From an uncultured Eubacteriales bacterium (GTDB taxonomy: Bacteria > Bacillota > Clostridia > TANB77 > CAG-508): a stretch of DNA of 64,000 bases. Positions 9,353 through 19,870 of this stretch are shown here, in pieces. Position 1 is the stretch's first letter. The number at the start of each line of letters is the position of its first letter. The translations under genes were made by a program, and so were the position numbers. A model generated the notes under the pieces. It was not told the DNA's origin. It searched no databases and saw only the letters and a list, made by a program, of their open reading frames with translations. Where the stretch lies: positions 18,581-82,580 of the forward strand of contig CADAHH010000009.1 in NCBI GenBank assembly GCA_902787685.1. The letters run 5' to 3'.

Positions 9353-11096
9353 ATGATTATAGTCATGGGAAATATAGTTTTATTAGATGATTTAACAATA
9401 AATAAAATAGCTGCAGGGGAGGTAATAGAAAATCCCTCAGCAGCCATTAAAGAAATGGTTGAAAATTCAATAGATGCAGGTGCAACATCTATTACAGTTG
9501 AAGTAAAAAACGGAGGAAAGTCTTTAATAAAAATAATAGATAATGGAAAAGGCATTGCAAAAGATGATTTACCATTAAGCATTGAACGCCATGCAACAAG
9601 TAAATTAAAACAAATTGAAGATTTAGAAAAAATAGATTCTTTTGGGTTTAGAGGAGAGGCATTAGCTAGTATTGCTTCAATTTCTAAAATGACAATTATT
9701 TCAAAAACGAATGAAGATTTAACAGCCACAAAAATGGTAGTAGAAGCAGGTGATATATTAGAGATTTCAGAAGACACAGGAAAAACCGGAACTACAATTA
9801 TTATAGAAAATCTATTTTTTAATGTCCCTGTTAGATATAAATTTTTAAAGAATGATGCTACAGAATTTAGATATATAAAATCAATGTTAGAAAAAATTGC
9901 GATTAGTAATCCAAGTGTTGCAATTAAGCTAATAAATAATGGAAAAGAAGTTTTAAAAACCTCTGGAAATGGCAAACTAGAAGATGTAGTTTATGTGTTA
10001 TTTGGCAAAAGAATAAGTCAAAATTTGGTAAAAGTAAATTATGAAGAAGATGGAATAGAAATTACTGGATTTATTGGAAATACTACAATTGCAGTTGATT
10101 CAAGAAAAGATGAATTGTTTTTCTTAAATAAAAGATTCATTCAAAATAAAACACTTTATAGCTCTGCAGATGAGGCATTTAAAGGAGATGCTGGAATAGG
10201 AAAATTCTCATTTGCTATTATCAATTTAAAAATGCCACCATCATTTTATGATGTAAATATACATCCAACTAAAAAAGAAGTTAAATTCAAAGATGAAGCA
10301 TTAGTATATAGAGTTCTTTATACTGCTATAAAAAATGCTGTTTTAAGTAAAGAATTTCTTGGAAATAAAGCAATAGAAGAGAATAAAGAATATGTAAACA
10401 GTGAATTTAAATATGTAACAAATCACTTTTTCAATTTTGACAATAGTAAAAAAGATTTAGAAACGAATAATACAAATAGTATAGAGTCAAATAATAATGA
10501 TAAAGTAATCAAAAGAGAAAATGCAAGAAAAATTGACTATAAATTTATCCGGAATTAGTTTTAAAACATATATTATGATAGAAATAGAAAATGAATTATA
10601 TTTAATAGACCAACATGCTGCGCATGAAAGAATAATGTATGAGCAAATAAAGAATAATTACAAAAATAAGATTAATACAAATACTCAAATGATGTTAATT
10701 CCAGAATTAATAGAACTTCCAAATAAAGAAATAGAATTTATAAAAGAGAACATAGAACTTATTCAAAATACAGGATTTGATATAGAATTATTTGGAGACA
10801 AAACAATAAAAATAAATGGAGTTCCAGATTTAGAATATAAATCAAAATTAAGTAATAGAAGATTATTTCTAGATATTTTAGATGAAATGACAGCAAAACA
10901 AAATGGAAATTTTAAATCAGTTGAAGAACGATTTATTGCAACAGTTGCATGTAAAGCAGCTGTAAAAGCTGGAATGAGTTTAACAGAAAAGGAAGTAGAC
11001 TACTTAATCCAAAATTTATTAGTATTAAAGAATCCGTATACTTGCCCACATGGAAGACCTACTACAATAAAATTTAGTAAAAAGGATTTTGAGTAG
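9353..11096 (+). pseudogene. mutL: DNA mismatch repair protein MutL, interrupted by a +1 frameshift at 10549-10552
   Basis: The N-terminal GHKL ATPase ORF (INKIAAGEVIENPSAAIKEMVENSIDAGA) ends at 10558. The C-terminal domain ORF (YLIDQHAAHERIMYE ... CPHGRP) is in the +1 frame from 10521. Removing one C of atCCgga restores YKFIGISFKTYIM. Confidence 0.85.
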
Positions 11097-11165
11097 AATT
11101 TGAAAAATGTCACCTGTTGACAATAATATTATTATTGTGTTATAATTCAAAAAATTAATATTAAA

Positions 11166-11331
11166 GATAGAGGTTGCAATATTTATTATTAGAATTATTT
11201 AGTGGATTAGGATCCTATATAATTTAAAAGGAAATATTGCCGAAGGACATACATTTTCCTAGGTGTGTGTAACTGGGCTATTGCAAAATATGTAATAGAC
11301 TGTCACTTATTATTTAGTGGAGAGCTATCAT
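11166..11331 (+). promoter_or_regulatory. Lysine riboswitch (L-box) aptamer
   Basis: Conserved L-box blocks in order: AGAGGTTGC, TTGCCGAAGG, AACTGGGC, CTGTCAC, GTGGAGAGCTATC. Located upstream of lysA. Confidence 0.85.
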
Positions 11332-11388
11332 TAATTAAACATAAATTATTTGTGTTTTATTAATTGTATATTCTTCTGCAAATAAGTG

Positions 11389-11417
11389 AGTATTTCTTAA
11401 TGGAATACTTTTTTTTG
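11389..11417 (+). terminator. Riboswitch expression-platform intrinsic terminator
   Basis: 8-bp stem agtatttc/ggaatact with loop ttaat, followed by a T run. Confidence 0.7.
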
Positions 11418-11455
11418 AATACATAATCCTCATTTTTAATAAAAGGAGGCAAAAA

Positions 11456-12688
11456 ATGAACAAAGAAGAAATAAAAAGATTAATAAATAAATATGGAAGT
11501 CCACTGTACATTTATAAAGAGGATATTATTAAAAAACGTTGCAAAGAAATATTAGACTTTAAGCATAATTTAGAATCTAATTTGAATGGAATAAAAGTAA
11601 ATATGCATTATTCTACTAAAGCAAACAATAATCCAGCAATACTGAAAATTGTTAAAGAATATGACTTGTGTGTTGATTGTATGTCTTTATTAGAATTAGA
11701 TATAAATCAAAAATGTGGTTTTGAAAAAGAAAAAATATTATATGTATGTAATAATATTGATGTTCAAGAAATGAAAAAAGTATATGAAGCCGGAATTTTA
11801 ATATGTTTAGATTCAATTTCACAAATTGAAATATGGGGACAAAATTTTCCAAACTCAAATATTATGATTAGAATTAATCCAGGTATAGACGGGGTAGGAC
11901 ATAGCAGAAAAGTTATTACATCAGGAAAAGAAACAAAATTTGGAATAACTGAAGAAAATTTTGATAAAATGTTTAGTATAATAAAAAAATACAATTTAAA
12001 CATTATTGGCATACATCAACATTTAGGAAGTTTATTTTTAAATGATAAGATTAATGATTATATAAATGGTGTTAGACGAGGATTATCTATAGTTAATAAA
12101 TATCCAGAATTTAATGATGTTGAGATAATAGATTTAGGTGGTGGATTTGGAGTACCATATAAAGGTGAAGAAAAGTTAGATTTTAGCTTGTTAGAAAAAG
12201 ATTTAACAACTGTTTTAAATAGCTTTTTGAATAAGCATAAAGGATTAAAAGAATTTAAATTTGAGCCTGGTAGATATATACCATGTGAATCAGGATTAAT
12301 AGTTGGCAAAGTAAATTCTATTAAACATGAAAATAATACATATTGGATAGGAACAGATATTGGAATGAATCAATTAGTAAGACCATCAATGTATGATGCC
12401 TATCATGAAATAGATATTCTAACAGACAATAAAGATAAAAAAATTACAGCTAATATTTGTGGAAATATTTGTGAAAGTGGAGATATTATCGCAAAAAATA
12501 GAAAAGTCAATATGCCATCTGTTGGAGATGGAATCATCGTGTATAATGCTGGTGCATATGGTTATTCGATGGCCTCAAATTATACCGGAAGGCTTAGACC
12601 AGCAGAAGTTATGGTAAGTGGCGATAAGGATAAATTAATTAGAAAACGTGAGACAATTGAATATATAGAAAGCAATATTGTTTGGTAA
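11456..12688 (+). CDS. lysA: Diaminopimelate decarboxylase
   Basis: PLP-lysine region HYSTKANNNP, GGGFGVPY, and fold-type III decarboxylase C-terminus CESGD...AGAYGYSMASNYTGRLRPAEV. Confidence 0.9.
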   Translation: MNKEEIKRLINKYGSPLYIYKEDIIKKRCKEILDFKHNLESNLNGIKVNMHYSTKANNNPAILKIVKEYDLCVDCMSLLELDINQKCGFEKEKILYVCNNIDVQEMKKVYEAGILICLDSISQIEIWGQNFPNSNIMIRINPGIDGVGHSRKVITSGKETKFGITEENFDKMFSIIKKYNLNIIGIHQHLGSLFLNDKINDYINGVRRGLSIVNKYPEFNDVEIIDLGGGFGVPYKGEEKLDFSLLEKDLTTVLNSFLNKHKGLKEFKFEPGRYIPCESGLIVGKVNSIKHENNTYWIGTDIGMNQLVRPSMYDAYHEIDILTDNKDKKITANICGNICESGDIIAKNRKVNMPSVGDGIIVYNAGAYGYSMASNYTGRLRPAEVMVSGDKDKLIRKRETIEYIESNIVW

Positions 12689-12727
12689 AAATTTAAAATT
12701 TTTATAATTAGAAAGGAAGGATTTATT

Positions 12728-13702
12728 ATGATTAGAATAGGAATTTGTGGATATGGAAATTTAGGAAAGGCTGTTGAAAGCGAGATTGCAAAGTCAAAGG
12801 ATATGGAGCTTGTTGCAATATTTACAAGGCGTAATCCTGAAAGTTTAAAAATTGCATCAAACACAGCAGTGGATAATATTAAAAATGTTGAGCAGTGGAA
12901 AGACAAAATTGATGTAATGATTATGTGTGGGGGCTCTAGTACAGATTTACCAATACAAGTACCAGAAATGGCAAAACTATTTAATACAGTAGATAGTTTT
13001 GATACACATGCAAAAATACCAGAATATTTTAATGAAGTTGATAGAATTGCAAAAGAAAACAATCATGTTTCAACTATTTCAGTTGGATGGGATCCAGGAA
13101 TGTTTTCTGTAATGAGATTATATGCTAATAGTATTTTGCCAACAGGTTCAACATATACATTTTGGGGAAAAGGTGTAAGTCAAGGTCATAGTGATGCAAT
13201 AAGAAGAATAGAAGGGGTTAAAGATGCAAGACAGTACACAATACCTGTTGAAGATGCTGTAGAACGTGTAAGAAATGGAGAAACACCAACTTTTACAACA
13301 CGTGAAAAACATAAAAGAGAATGTTTTGTTGTAGTAGAAGATGGAGCAGATAAAGATAGAATTGAAAAAGAAATAAAAACTATGCCAAATTATTTTGATG
13401 AATATGATACAACTGTACATTTCATTTCAGAAGAGGAATTAAAAAGAAATCATAGTTCTTTACCACATGGAGGATTTGTAATACATAGTGGTGAAACAGG
13501 TAATGGTAATAAACATGTGGTAGAATACTCATTAAAACTTGATTCAAATCCTGAATTTACAGGCAGTGTTTTAATTGCAATTGCTCGAGCAACTAATAGA
13601 ATGGCTGAAGAAAGAATGAAAGGAGCAAAAACAATATTTGACATTCCACCAATATATTTATCAAGCAAACCAGCTGAAGAATTAAGAAAAAATTTATTAT
13701 AA
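12728..13702 (+). CDS. ddh: meso-Diaminopimelate D-dehydrogenase
   Basis: Colinear with the Corynebacterium-type Ddh as I recall it (IGICGYGNLGKAVE, GWDPGMFS, TFWGKGVSQGHSDAIRRI, HKRECFVV, LPHGGFVIH). Confidence 0.9.
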   Translation: MIRIGICGYGNLGKAVESEIAKSKDMELVAIFTRRNPESLKIASNTAVDNIKNVEQWKDKIDVMIMCGGSSTDLPIQVPEMAKLFNTVDSFDTHAKIPEYFNEVDRIAKENNHVSTISVGWDPGMFSVMRLYANSILPTGSTYTFWGKGVSQGHSDAIRRIEGVKDARQYTIPVEDAVERVRNGETPTFTTREKHKRECFVVVEDGADKDRIEKEIKTMPNYFDEYDTTVHFISEEELKRNHSSLPHGGFVIHSGETGNGNKHVVEYSLKLDSNPEFTGSVLIAIARATNRMAEERMKGAKTIFDIPPIYLSSKPAEELRKNLL

Positions 13703-13708
13703 TTTGTG

Positions 13709-13728
13709 AAAATTGGGACCGGGGACTT
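13709..13728 (+). repeat. Solitary REP unit (aaaattGGGACCGGGGActt)
   Basis: Matches the REP consensus found around the RAYT gene. Confidence 0.7.
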
Positions 13729-14036
13729 AATAGTGAATAATTAATAATGAATAGTGAATAATACAGAGCTGGAATTTAGACATTTTCAAATTATTAACTA
13801 TTAATTATTTTGTATTAAGTATTAATTCTTCATTATGCATTATTTATAAAGCATTATTACGAAAATATTACAAAAATATTACATTTTTGTAATATTTTTA
13901 TTTTTTATGTACTAAATTATTGTAATAAGTTATAATTTATTTATATATTTTTAAAAAGAAAACTTATATGTTTTGATTATATTTTTCAGTGTTGATTGTG
14001 TCTCAAAGAAAAAAATTTAAATAAAGGGGAAGTATT

Positions 14037-16094
14037 ATGTTAAAGAGGTTTATCAAGATATTATTTGTTTTAGCAATAGTATTAGTTTTTTTTAGTATTA
14101 ATGAGGTAAGAGCAGAAAATGAAAATGTTACAATAAAATTTAAAGATAAAAATTTCTTCAATAATATAAGATATTCTTATGAGATGGTATCAGTTGATGA
14201 AAATACAATGTCATTAACTATGAAAAAGAGTGTTATAGATTCTATTGATACATTAATGATGAATAGTAAGGGGATTTCAGACATTACTGGAATAGAAAAA
14301 ATGACTAATCTTAAAGAAATATATTTTGAAAACAACAGTATCTCAAATATTGAGCCAATAAAAAATTTAAATAATTTAAAAACTATTTATATGGCAAATA
14401 ATATAATTTCAGATATAAGTCCTTTAAGGGACCTAACTAACCTAAAAACTATTATGTTAGGTAATAATAAAATATCAGATATTTCAAGCTTGAATTCAAT
14501 TAAAGATTTAGTTACATTAGACGTTCAAAAAAATGAAATATCAAATATAGATGCAATTAAAATGTGTACGGCAATACATTATTTATGCTTAAACAATAAT
14601 AAAATTACAAGTATAGATGCTTTAAAAAACATGAATATTATTGATTTATATATTGGAAATAATTCTATTTCAGATATTTCTGCTATTTCAAATCACACAA
14701 ATCTAAAAATATTCAAGGCAGAAAATAATAAAATATCTTCAATTGAACCACTATCAAATTTAATAAATATGCAGACTTTATATTTAAATAATAATAACAT
14801 TACAGATGTTAGTCATCTTAGCAAATTAACAAATATAGTTACACTTGAGCTATCTAATAATAATATTTCTAAAATAGATGCTTTATCTAATTTAAATAAG
14901 CTTCATTATCTTGTGTTAAATAAAAACAGTATTACAGATTTAAATCCATTAAATGGATTAGAGATAATTGATTTATATGCAAATAACAATAAAATTACTA
15001 CAATTGACTTTTTGAAAAACAGTAAGATGCTTAATACTCTTAGAGTTTTAGATTTATCTGGTAATAAAATAGAAGATATAAGTAATTTAACCTACTCAAA
15101 TTCAGGAAATTTAAAAGAACTCTATCTAAATGATAATAAATTAATTAAAGATATAAATAGCATTTCAAATCGAACAAATTTAGAAATATTACAATTAAAA
15201 AATAATCAAATAGAGGATATTTCAAGTATTAAAGATTTAAAGAACTTAAAAGAAATTAGACTAGATTATAATAATATAGTTAATATTAACTCATTAGAGA
15301 ATCTAAGAAAACTTGAAATACTTATTTTAACAGGAAATAAAATTACAGATTTATCACCATTAAAAGGAATGACAACATTAAAAGAATGTAGTATATATGG
15401 TAATAAGATATCTGATATTTCTGTATTATCTACAAATACAGAATTACAATATCTTTATGCTGGAGATACTGGAATTGATAACATTAAATTTGTAGAAAAT
15501 TTACCAAATTTAATTAATTTTGATTTTCAATGGAATAAAGTTTCAGATATTTCACCACTATTAAAACTTAGAAAAATTTCTAGAAGTTACATGGATGGTA
15601 ACAAAATTGAACATGGTGAAATATTAGATGAAATACCTTCTTTAACAACAATAACTGCTTCAAAGCAGAATTTTACAATTGAAGATAAAACAGAAGTAGA
15701 ATTACCAAATATATTTATTTTATCACAATCAAAAAATAGCAAAGCATATACTTCATCAAAAATTGAAATTACAAATGGCGAATTAATTGAGAATGGTTCT
15801 AAAGTGAAGGTTAGTGATAAAAATAAGGACACAATTGTAAAAATAAATGGTGGTATATTTGATGGTTCAACATTAACTATTAAGAACACTATTAAAGCAA
15901 ATGAAAATAATACTAGTTCTAATGAAACAACAGAAAAAACTAATGAAAAAGCATCAACTAACCAAAATAATGATTTAACAGTTTCAAATAAAGGATTGCC
16001 ATATACAGGTAGAATTAGTTTGATACTTTTAGCAGTTATAATAAGCTCATTTGGGGTATTTGGATATATCAAATATAGAAAGAATAATTTTTAA
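14037..16094 (+). CDS. Internalin-like leucine-rich-repeat surface protein with signal peptide and LPXTG sortase anchor
   Basis: Signal peptide ...INEVRA/ENEN. About 20 tandem 22-residue LRRs (LxxLxxLxLxNNxISDISxL). C-terminal LPYTG + hydrophobic stretch + KYRKNNF. Confidence 0.9.
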   Translation: MLKRFIKILFVLAIVLVFFSINEVRAENENVTIKFKDKNFFNNIRYSYEMVSVDENTMSLTMKKSVIDSIDTLMMNSKGISDITGIEKMTNLKEIYFENNSISNIEPIKNLNNLKTIYMANNIISDISPLRDLTNLKTIMLGNNKISDISSLNSIKDLVTLDVQKNEISNIDAIKMCTAIHYLCLNNNKITSIDALKNMNIIDLYIGNNSISDISAISNHTNLKIFKAENNKISSIEPLSNLINMQTLYLNNNNITDVSHLSKLTNIVTLELSNNNISKIDALSNLNKLHYLVLNKNSITDLNPLNGLEIIDLYANNNKITTIDFLKNSKMLNTLRVLDLSGNKIEDISNLTYSNSGNLKELYLNDNKLIKDINSISNRTNLEILQLKNNQIEDISSIKDLKNLKEIRLDYNNIVNINSLENLRKLEILILTGNKITDLSPLKGMTTLKECSIYGNKISDISVLSTNTELQYLYAGDTGIDNIKFVENLPNLINFDFQWNKVSDISPLLKLRKISRSYMDGNKIEHGEILDEIPSLTTITASKQNFTIEDKTEVELPNIFILSQSKNSKAYTSSKIEITNGELIENGSKVKVSDKNKDTIVKINGGIFDGSTLTIKNTIKANENNTSSNETTEKTNEKASTNQNNDLTVSNKGLPYTGRISLILLAVIISSFGVFGYIKYRKNNF

Positions 16095-16147
16095 ATTAGG
16101 ACCGGGTACTTTTTTACACGTGTAATTTAGGACCGGGTCCTTTTTTA
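16094..16147 (+). repeat. Two tandem REP units
   Basis: aaattaGGACCGGGTActtttttacac and gtaatttaGGACCGGGTCCtttttt. Confidence 0.8.
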
Positions 16148-16158
16148 AAGGAGTATGA

Positions 16159-16701
16159 ATGAAAGTTTTTGATGATGAAAAATTTAATAATAAAACGACT
16201 ATAAATGTATTGATTTTAATAATGATTTTAAGTGGATTTTTTGGCTTTATATATGAGATATTATTTTACAAAATAGATCTAGGGTATTTTGTTAAAAGAG
16301 GTTCTACTTTTGGCCCATGGATTCCAATTTATGCTTTTGGAGGACTGTTAATAACAATTGCGACATATCGATTTAGAAAAAAGCCTTTTTCTGTTTTTTT
16401 GATAAACTGTATAGTTACAGGAGTATTGGAATATTCTACAGGTTTTGTTCTATATGAAATGTTTGGTATTAGACTTTGGGACTATAATACAGAAATTTGG
16501 AATTGGTGTAATGTTAACGGATATATTTGTGCAAGATCAATATTATTTTTTGGAATATCTAGTTTGATGTTGATTTATCTATTTATACCACTAATAAAAA
16601 GAATTGTAAAAAAATTTTCAGAAAGAAGTATTACTATAGTATCATATACATTGGGAATATTATTTACATTAGATATGATATTATATCAAATTTTTTCCTA
16701 G
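16159..16701 (+). CDS. Small polytopic membrane protein (resembles the 'putative ABC-transporter type IV'/DUF1113 family)
   Basis: Four or five hydrophobic helices. YEILFYKID...GPWIPIYAFGG pattern. Family assignment is from memory only. Confidence 0.4.
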   Translation: MKVFDDEKFNNKTTINVLILIMILSGFFGFIYEILFYKIDLGYFVKRGSTFGPWIPIYAFGGLLITIATYRFRKKPFSVFLINCIVTGVLEYSTGFVLYEMFGIRLWDYNTEIWNWCNVNGYICARSILFFGISSLMLIYLFIPLIKRIVKKFSERSITIVSYTLGILFTLDMILYQIFS

Positions 16702-16705
16702 AATA

Positions 16706-16743
16706 TAAAAAATGACAGAGTAGTTTTATGCTCTGTCATTTTT
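16706..16743. terminator. Bidirectional intrinsic terminator between convergent genes
   Basis: aaaaatgacagag-tagttttatg-ctctgtcattttt: perfect 8-bp stem flanked by an A run and a T run. Confidence 0.8.
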
Positions 16744-16747
16744 ATAA

Positions 16748-17704
16748 TTATTTATTACTCATTTCTTCCAAAGCAACTAAATCATTCCAACGTCTATCAA
16801 CCTCTTTTTGGAATTCTTCAATCATCCATTCATTTCCTGCTTTAAACATATGTCTAAATCTCTTTTGAGGTTTTAAGAATTCTTCTATAGGTAATTTTTT
16901 AGCAGGTTTATAAGTGATTTTATATTTTCCATCAACAACTTCATATAAAGGCCAATAGCATGTTTGAACAGCTAATTTATTAATTTCCATAAGATCTTCT
17001 GTAGGATAACCCCAACCACGTGGGCAAGGAGAAAATACATTTAAGAAAGTAGGCCCTTCAGTATAAATTGCTTTTTCAGCTTTTTCGTATAAATCTCTAA
17101 AATCCATAAAAGCAATTGTTTGTGCAACATAAGGAATATGATGAGAAACTAAAATTTCAGTTAAATCTTTTCTTGATTGCATTTTTCCAGGGATAACTTT
17201 TCCAGCAGGAGAAGTAGTAGTATCTGCAAATCTTGGTGTTGCTGAAGAACGTTGAATACCTGTGTTCATGTATGCACCATTATCATAACAAACATAAGTT
17301 AAATCATGACCTCTTTCCATAGCACCTGATAATGCTTGTATACCAATATCATAAGTTCCACCATCTCCACCAAATGCGATAAATTTAGTATGTTCATCAT
17401 CTTTTTCATCAAGTTTACCTTGTTTTTTTAAACTTTTATATGCAGCTTCAACTCCAGCTAGGGTAGAGCCAGCACATTCAAAAGCTGTATGAATAAATGA
17501 ATCTGTCCAAGCAGTATATGGATATGTAAAAGTTGAAACTTCCATACATCCTGTTGCATTTGCAATTACTGCGTGATCTTCTTCTTTTAATGCTCTTAGA
17601 ATATGTCTTGCTACAACTGGTGCGCCACAACCAGCACACATTCTATGACCTTCTGAAAAACGTGAAGGTTTAGCTGCAATTATTTCTTTCATATTATATG
17701 CCAT
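16748..17704 (-). CDS. porB: 2-oxoacid (pyruvate-type):ferredoxin oxidoreductase beta subunit (TPP-binding)
   Basis: CAGCGAP..., GGDGGTYDIG TPP motif. Last gene of a gamma-delta-alpha-beta operon. Confidence 0.85.
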   Translation of the reverse strand: MAYNMKEIIAAKPSRFSEGHRMCAGCGAPVVARHILRALKEEDHAVIANATGCMEVSTFTYPYTAWTDSFIHTAFECAGSTLAGVEAAYKSLKKQGKLDEKDDEHTKFIAFGGDGGTYDIGIQALSGAMERGHDLTYVCYDNGAYMNTGIQRSSATPRFADTTTSPAGKVIPGKMQSRKDLTEILVSHHIPYVAQTIAFMDFRDLYEKAEKAIYTEGPTFLNVFSPCPRGWGYPTEDLMEINKLAVQTCYWPLYEVVDGKYKITYKPAKKLPIEEFLKPQKRFRHMFKAGNEWMIEEFQKEVDRRWNDLVALEEMSNK

Positions 17705-17705
17705 A

Positions 17706-18899
17706 TTATTTTCCCTCCTTTGTTCTTAGTCCAAGATATCTGTAAGGATTTCCAATATTTCCTGTTTCTGCAATCTCTGCTAGATCATTATAAACTTTTT
17801 CAATATCAGTAGCAGGTACATCTCTACCACCAATTCCATAAACATAATTAACTGTAGGTACATTTACATTGTTTACAAACATTCCAGAAGTTACATCTGA
17901 AAATAAGGCTCCACCTGCGGCATTTAATGAATCAGATTTATCAAGTACAGCAACTGCTTTACACTTAGATAAGGCCTTTGCAATTTCTTCAGCAGGGAAT
18001 GGTCTATAAACTCTAACTTTAAGTAGACCAGCTTTTATACCTTTTTCTCTTAATTTATCAACAACAAATTTTGTAGTTCCTGCTGTTGAATTCATACAAA
18101 CAATAGCGATTTCGGCATCATCTAATTTATATTCTTCAAATAAACCATAATGTCTACCTGTCCAAGCTTCAAACTCTTTTGCCGTATCCAAAATGACTTT
18201 TTTTGCATTTTTCATTGCTTGAGCTTGTTGAGCTTTATGTTCAAATAAATATGCTTGTAAATCTAATGGACCAACAGCAATAGGTTCTTTTCTGTTTAAT
18301 AAATAATGTTCTGGTTTATATGTTCCAACAAATTTTTTAACTTCGTTATCTTCTTCTAGCATAATATTTTCAATTGAATGTGATGTAATAAATCCATCTT
18401 GGCAAACCATTAAAGGTAGCATTACATCTTTGTGTTCAGCAATTCTATGTGCCATAAGTAAATTGTCATATGCTTCTTGATTATTTTCAGAAAATAGCAT
18501 AATCCAACCGGCATCTCTAACACCCATTGCATCTGAATGGTCATTATGAATGTTTAAAGGCCCTGAAACAGCACGGTTAACTAAACTCATAACAATTGGA
18601 AGTCTTAAACTTGATGCTATATAAATCATTTCCCACATTAAAGATAGTCCATTTGCTGAAGTTGCAGTCATTGCTCTTGCGCCTGCAGATTCTGCACCAA
18701 TACAAGCTGACATTGCACTATGTTCAGATTCAACAGCAACAAATTCTGTATCAACTGCACCATTTGCAACAAATGTTGAAAAATATTGAGGAATTTCAGT
18801 TGATGGAGTGATAGGGAAGGCAGCTACAACATCAGGGTTAATTTGTTTCATAGCAAAGGCGGATGCCTCATTACCACTTAATCTTTCTCTTATACTCAT
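17706..18899 (-). CDS. porA: 2-oxoacid:ferredoxin oxidoreductase alpha subunit
   Basis: GNEASAFAMKQINPDVVAAFPITPSTEI N-terminus is typical of PorA/VorA. 1-nt gap to the beta gene. Confidence 0.85.
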   Translation of the reverse strand: MSIRERLSGNEASAFAMKQINPDVVAAFPITPSTEIPQYFSTFVANGAVDTEFVAVESEHSAMSACIGAESAGARAMTATSANGLSLMWEMIYIASSLRLPIVMSLVNRAVSGPLNIHNDHSDAMGVRDAGWIMLFSENNQEAYDNLLMAHRIAEHKDVMLPLMVCQDGFITSHSIENIMLEEDNEVKKFVGTYKPEHYLLNRKEPIAVGPLDLQAYLFEHKAQQAQAMKNAKKVILDTAKEFEAWTGRHYGLFEEYKLDDAEIAIVCMNSTAGTTKFVVDKLREKGIKAGLLKVRVYRPFPAEEIAKALSKCKAVAVLDKSDSLNAAGGALFSDVTSGMFVNNVNVPTVNYVYGIGGRDVPATDIEKVYNDLAEIAETGNIGNPYRYLGLRTKEGK

Positions 18900-18902
18900 A
18901 TT

Positions 18903-19199
18903 CTAAACACCTTCTTCCTTCATTTCGATAGCTTTGAAAGGACAAACTTTAGCACAAACTCCACATCCTTTACAATAATCAAAATTAAAATCTTCTCTTT
19001 TCATTTCTTTGTTTACTGGAATAGCATTTTCAGGACAAACAGGGAAGCAAAGGCCACATTGCTTGCATTTTTCTTCAATATAAACAGGTCTCATACTTCT
19101 CCAGTCTCCAGTTTTAAATTCTTTACTATTACCAGATGTATAAATATTTCCACCAATGGTTAATTCTTCCATAGGGGTATTTTTATTAATTTCTGTCAT
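18903..19199 (-). CDS. porD: 2-oxoacid:ferredoxin oxidoreductase delta subunit (2x[4Fe-4S] ferredoxin)
   Basis: CKQCGLCFPVCP and CKGCGVCAKVCP cluster motifs. Confidence 0.85.
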   Translation of the reverse strand: MTEINKNTPMEELTIGGNIYTSGNSKEFKTGDWRSMRPVYIEEKCKQCGLCFPVCPENAIPVNKEMKREDFNFDYCKGCGVCAKVCPFKAIEMKEEGV

Positions 19200-19217
19200 T
19201 ATATTTAACTCCTTTCA

Positions 19218-19796
19218 TTAAATACTTTTTACTTCATTTAGTGCCATTTTAATAGCATTCATATTACCATCAATAACTTCTGGTTTTTTTGCAAATTTGT
19301 GTTTAAAAGACCCTTCCATATCTTTAATAAAAGCTTCATCTGACATAATACCTGTAACTTTAACGATAGCTGCAAGCATTGGAGTATTTGGGAAGTATTT
19401 ACCTAAACATTCCATAGATACTTTTCTTGCATCAATAGTATAAATTTTTCCTTCATATCCCTTTAAAACTGATTTTAAATAATCTGCTGATTTTGTTGTA
19501 TTAATTACAATAGCACCGGTAGATTTTAAACCTGCAGTAACATTAACAGATTCTAAAAGTGTGTCATCAACAACAACAACATAATCTGGTTCGTAGATAT
19601 TGCTATGAACAGTAATAGGTGTATCACTTATTCTGTTATAAGCAGTAATTGGAGCACCCATTCTTTCTGGACCATATTCTGGAAAGCCTTGAATGTATTT
19701 ACCAGTATTAAAAGCAGCATCTGCCAATAAAAGTGAAGCTGTTTTAGCACCTTGGCCACCACGTCCATGCCATCTAATTTCAATTAGGTTATCCAT
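19218..19796 (-). CDS. porC: 2-oxoacid:ferredoxin oxidoreductase gamma subunit
   Basis: EIRWHGRGGQGAKTASLLLA motif typical of gamma subunits. Confidence 0.85.
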   Translation of the reverse strand: MDNLIEIRWHGRGGQGAKTASLLLADAAFNTGKYIQGFPEYGPERMGAPITAYNRISDTPITVHSNIYEPDYVVVVDDTLLESVNVTAGLKSTGAIVINTTKSADYLKSVLKGYEGKIYTIDARKVSMECLGKYFPNTPMLAAIVKVTGIMSDEAFIKDMEGSFKHKFAKKPEVIDGNMNAIKMALNEVKSI

Positions 19797-19870
19797 TTGA
19801 TTTTACCTCCTTGTATATTTAATTCTACATGAAGTATATTCTTTCTTATAAAAAAAGTCAAGTGTTAAAT

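Noticed and set aside
13840-13900. The palindrome aaaaatattaca-tttt-tgtaatattttt and nearby direct repeats downstream of ddh, as a possible small RNA or tRNA-like gene.
   Set aside because: It is purely A/T and has no cloverleaf or conserved boxes. It is more simply a terminator or operator-like hairpin in the AT-rich leader of the LRR gene, and it is mentioned under that finding only.
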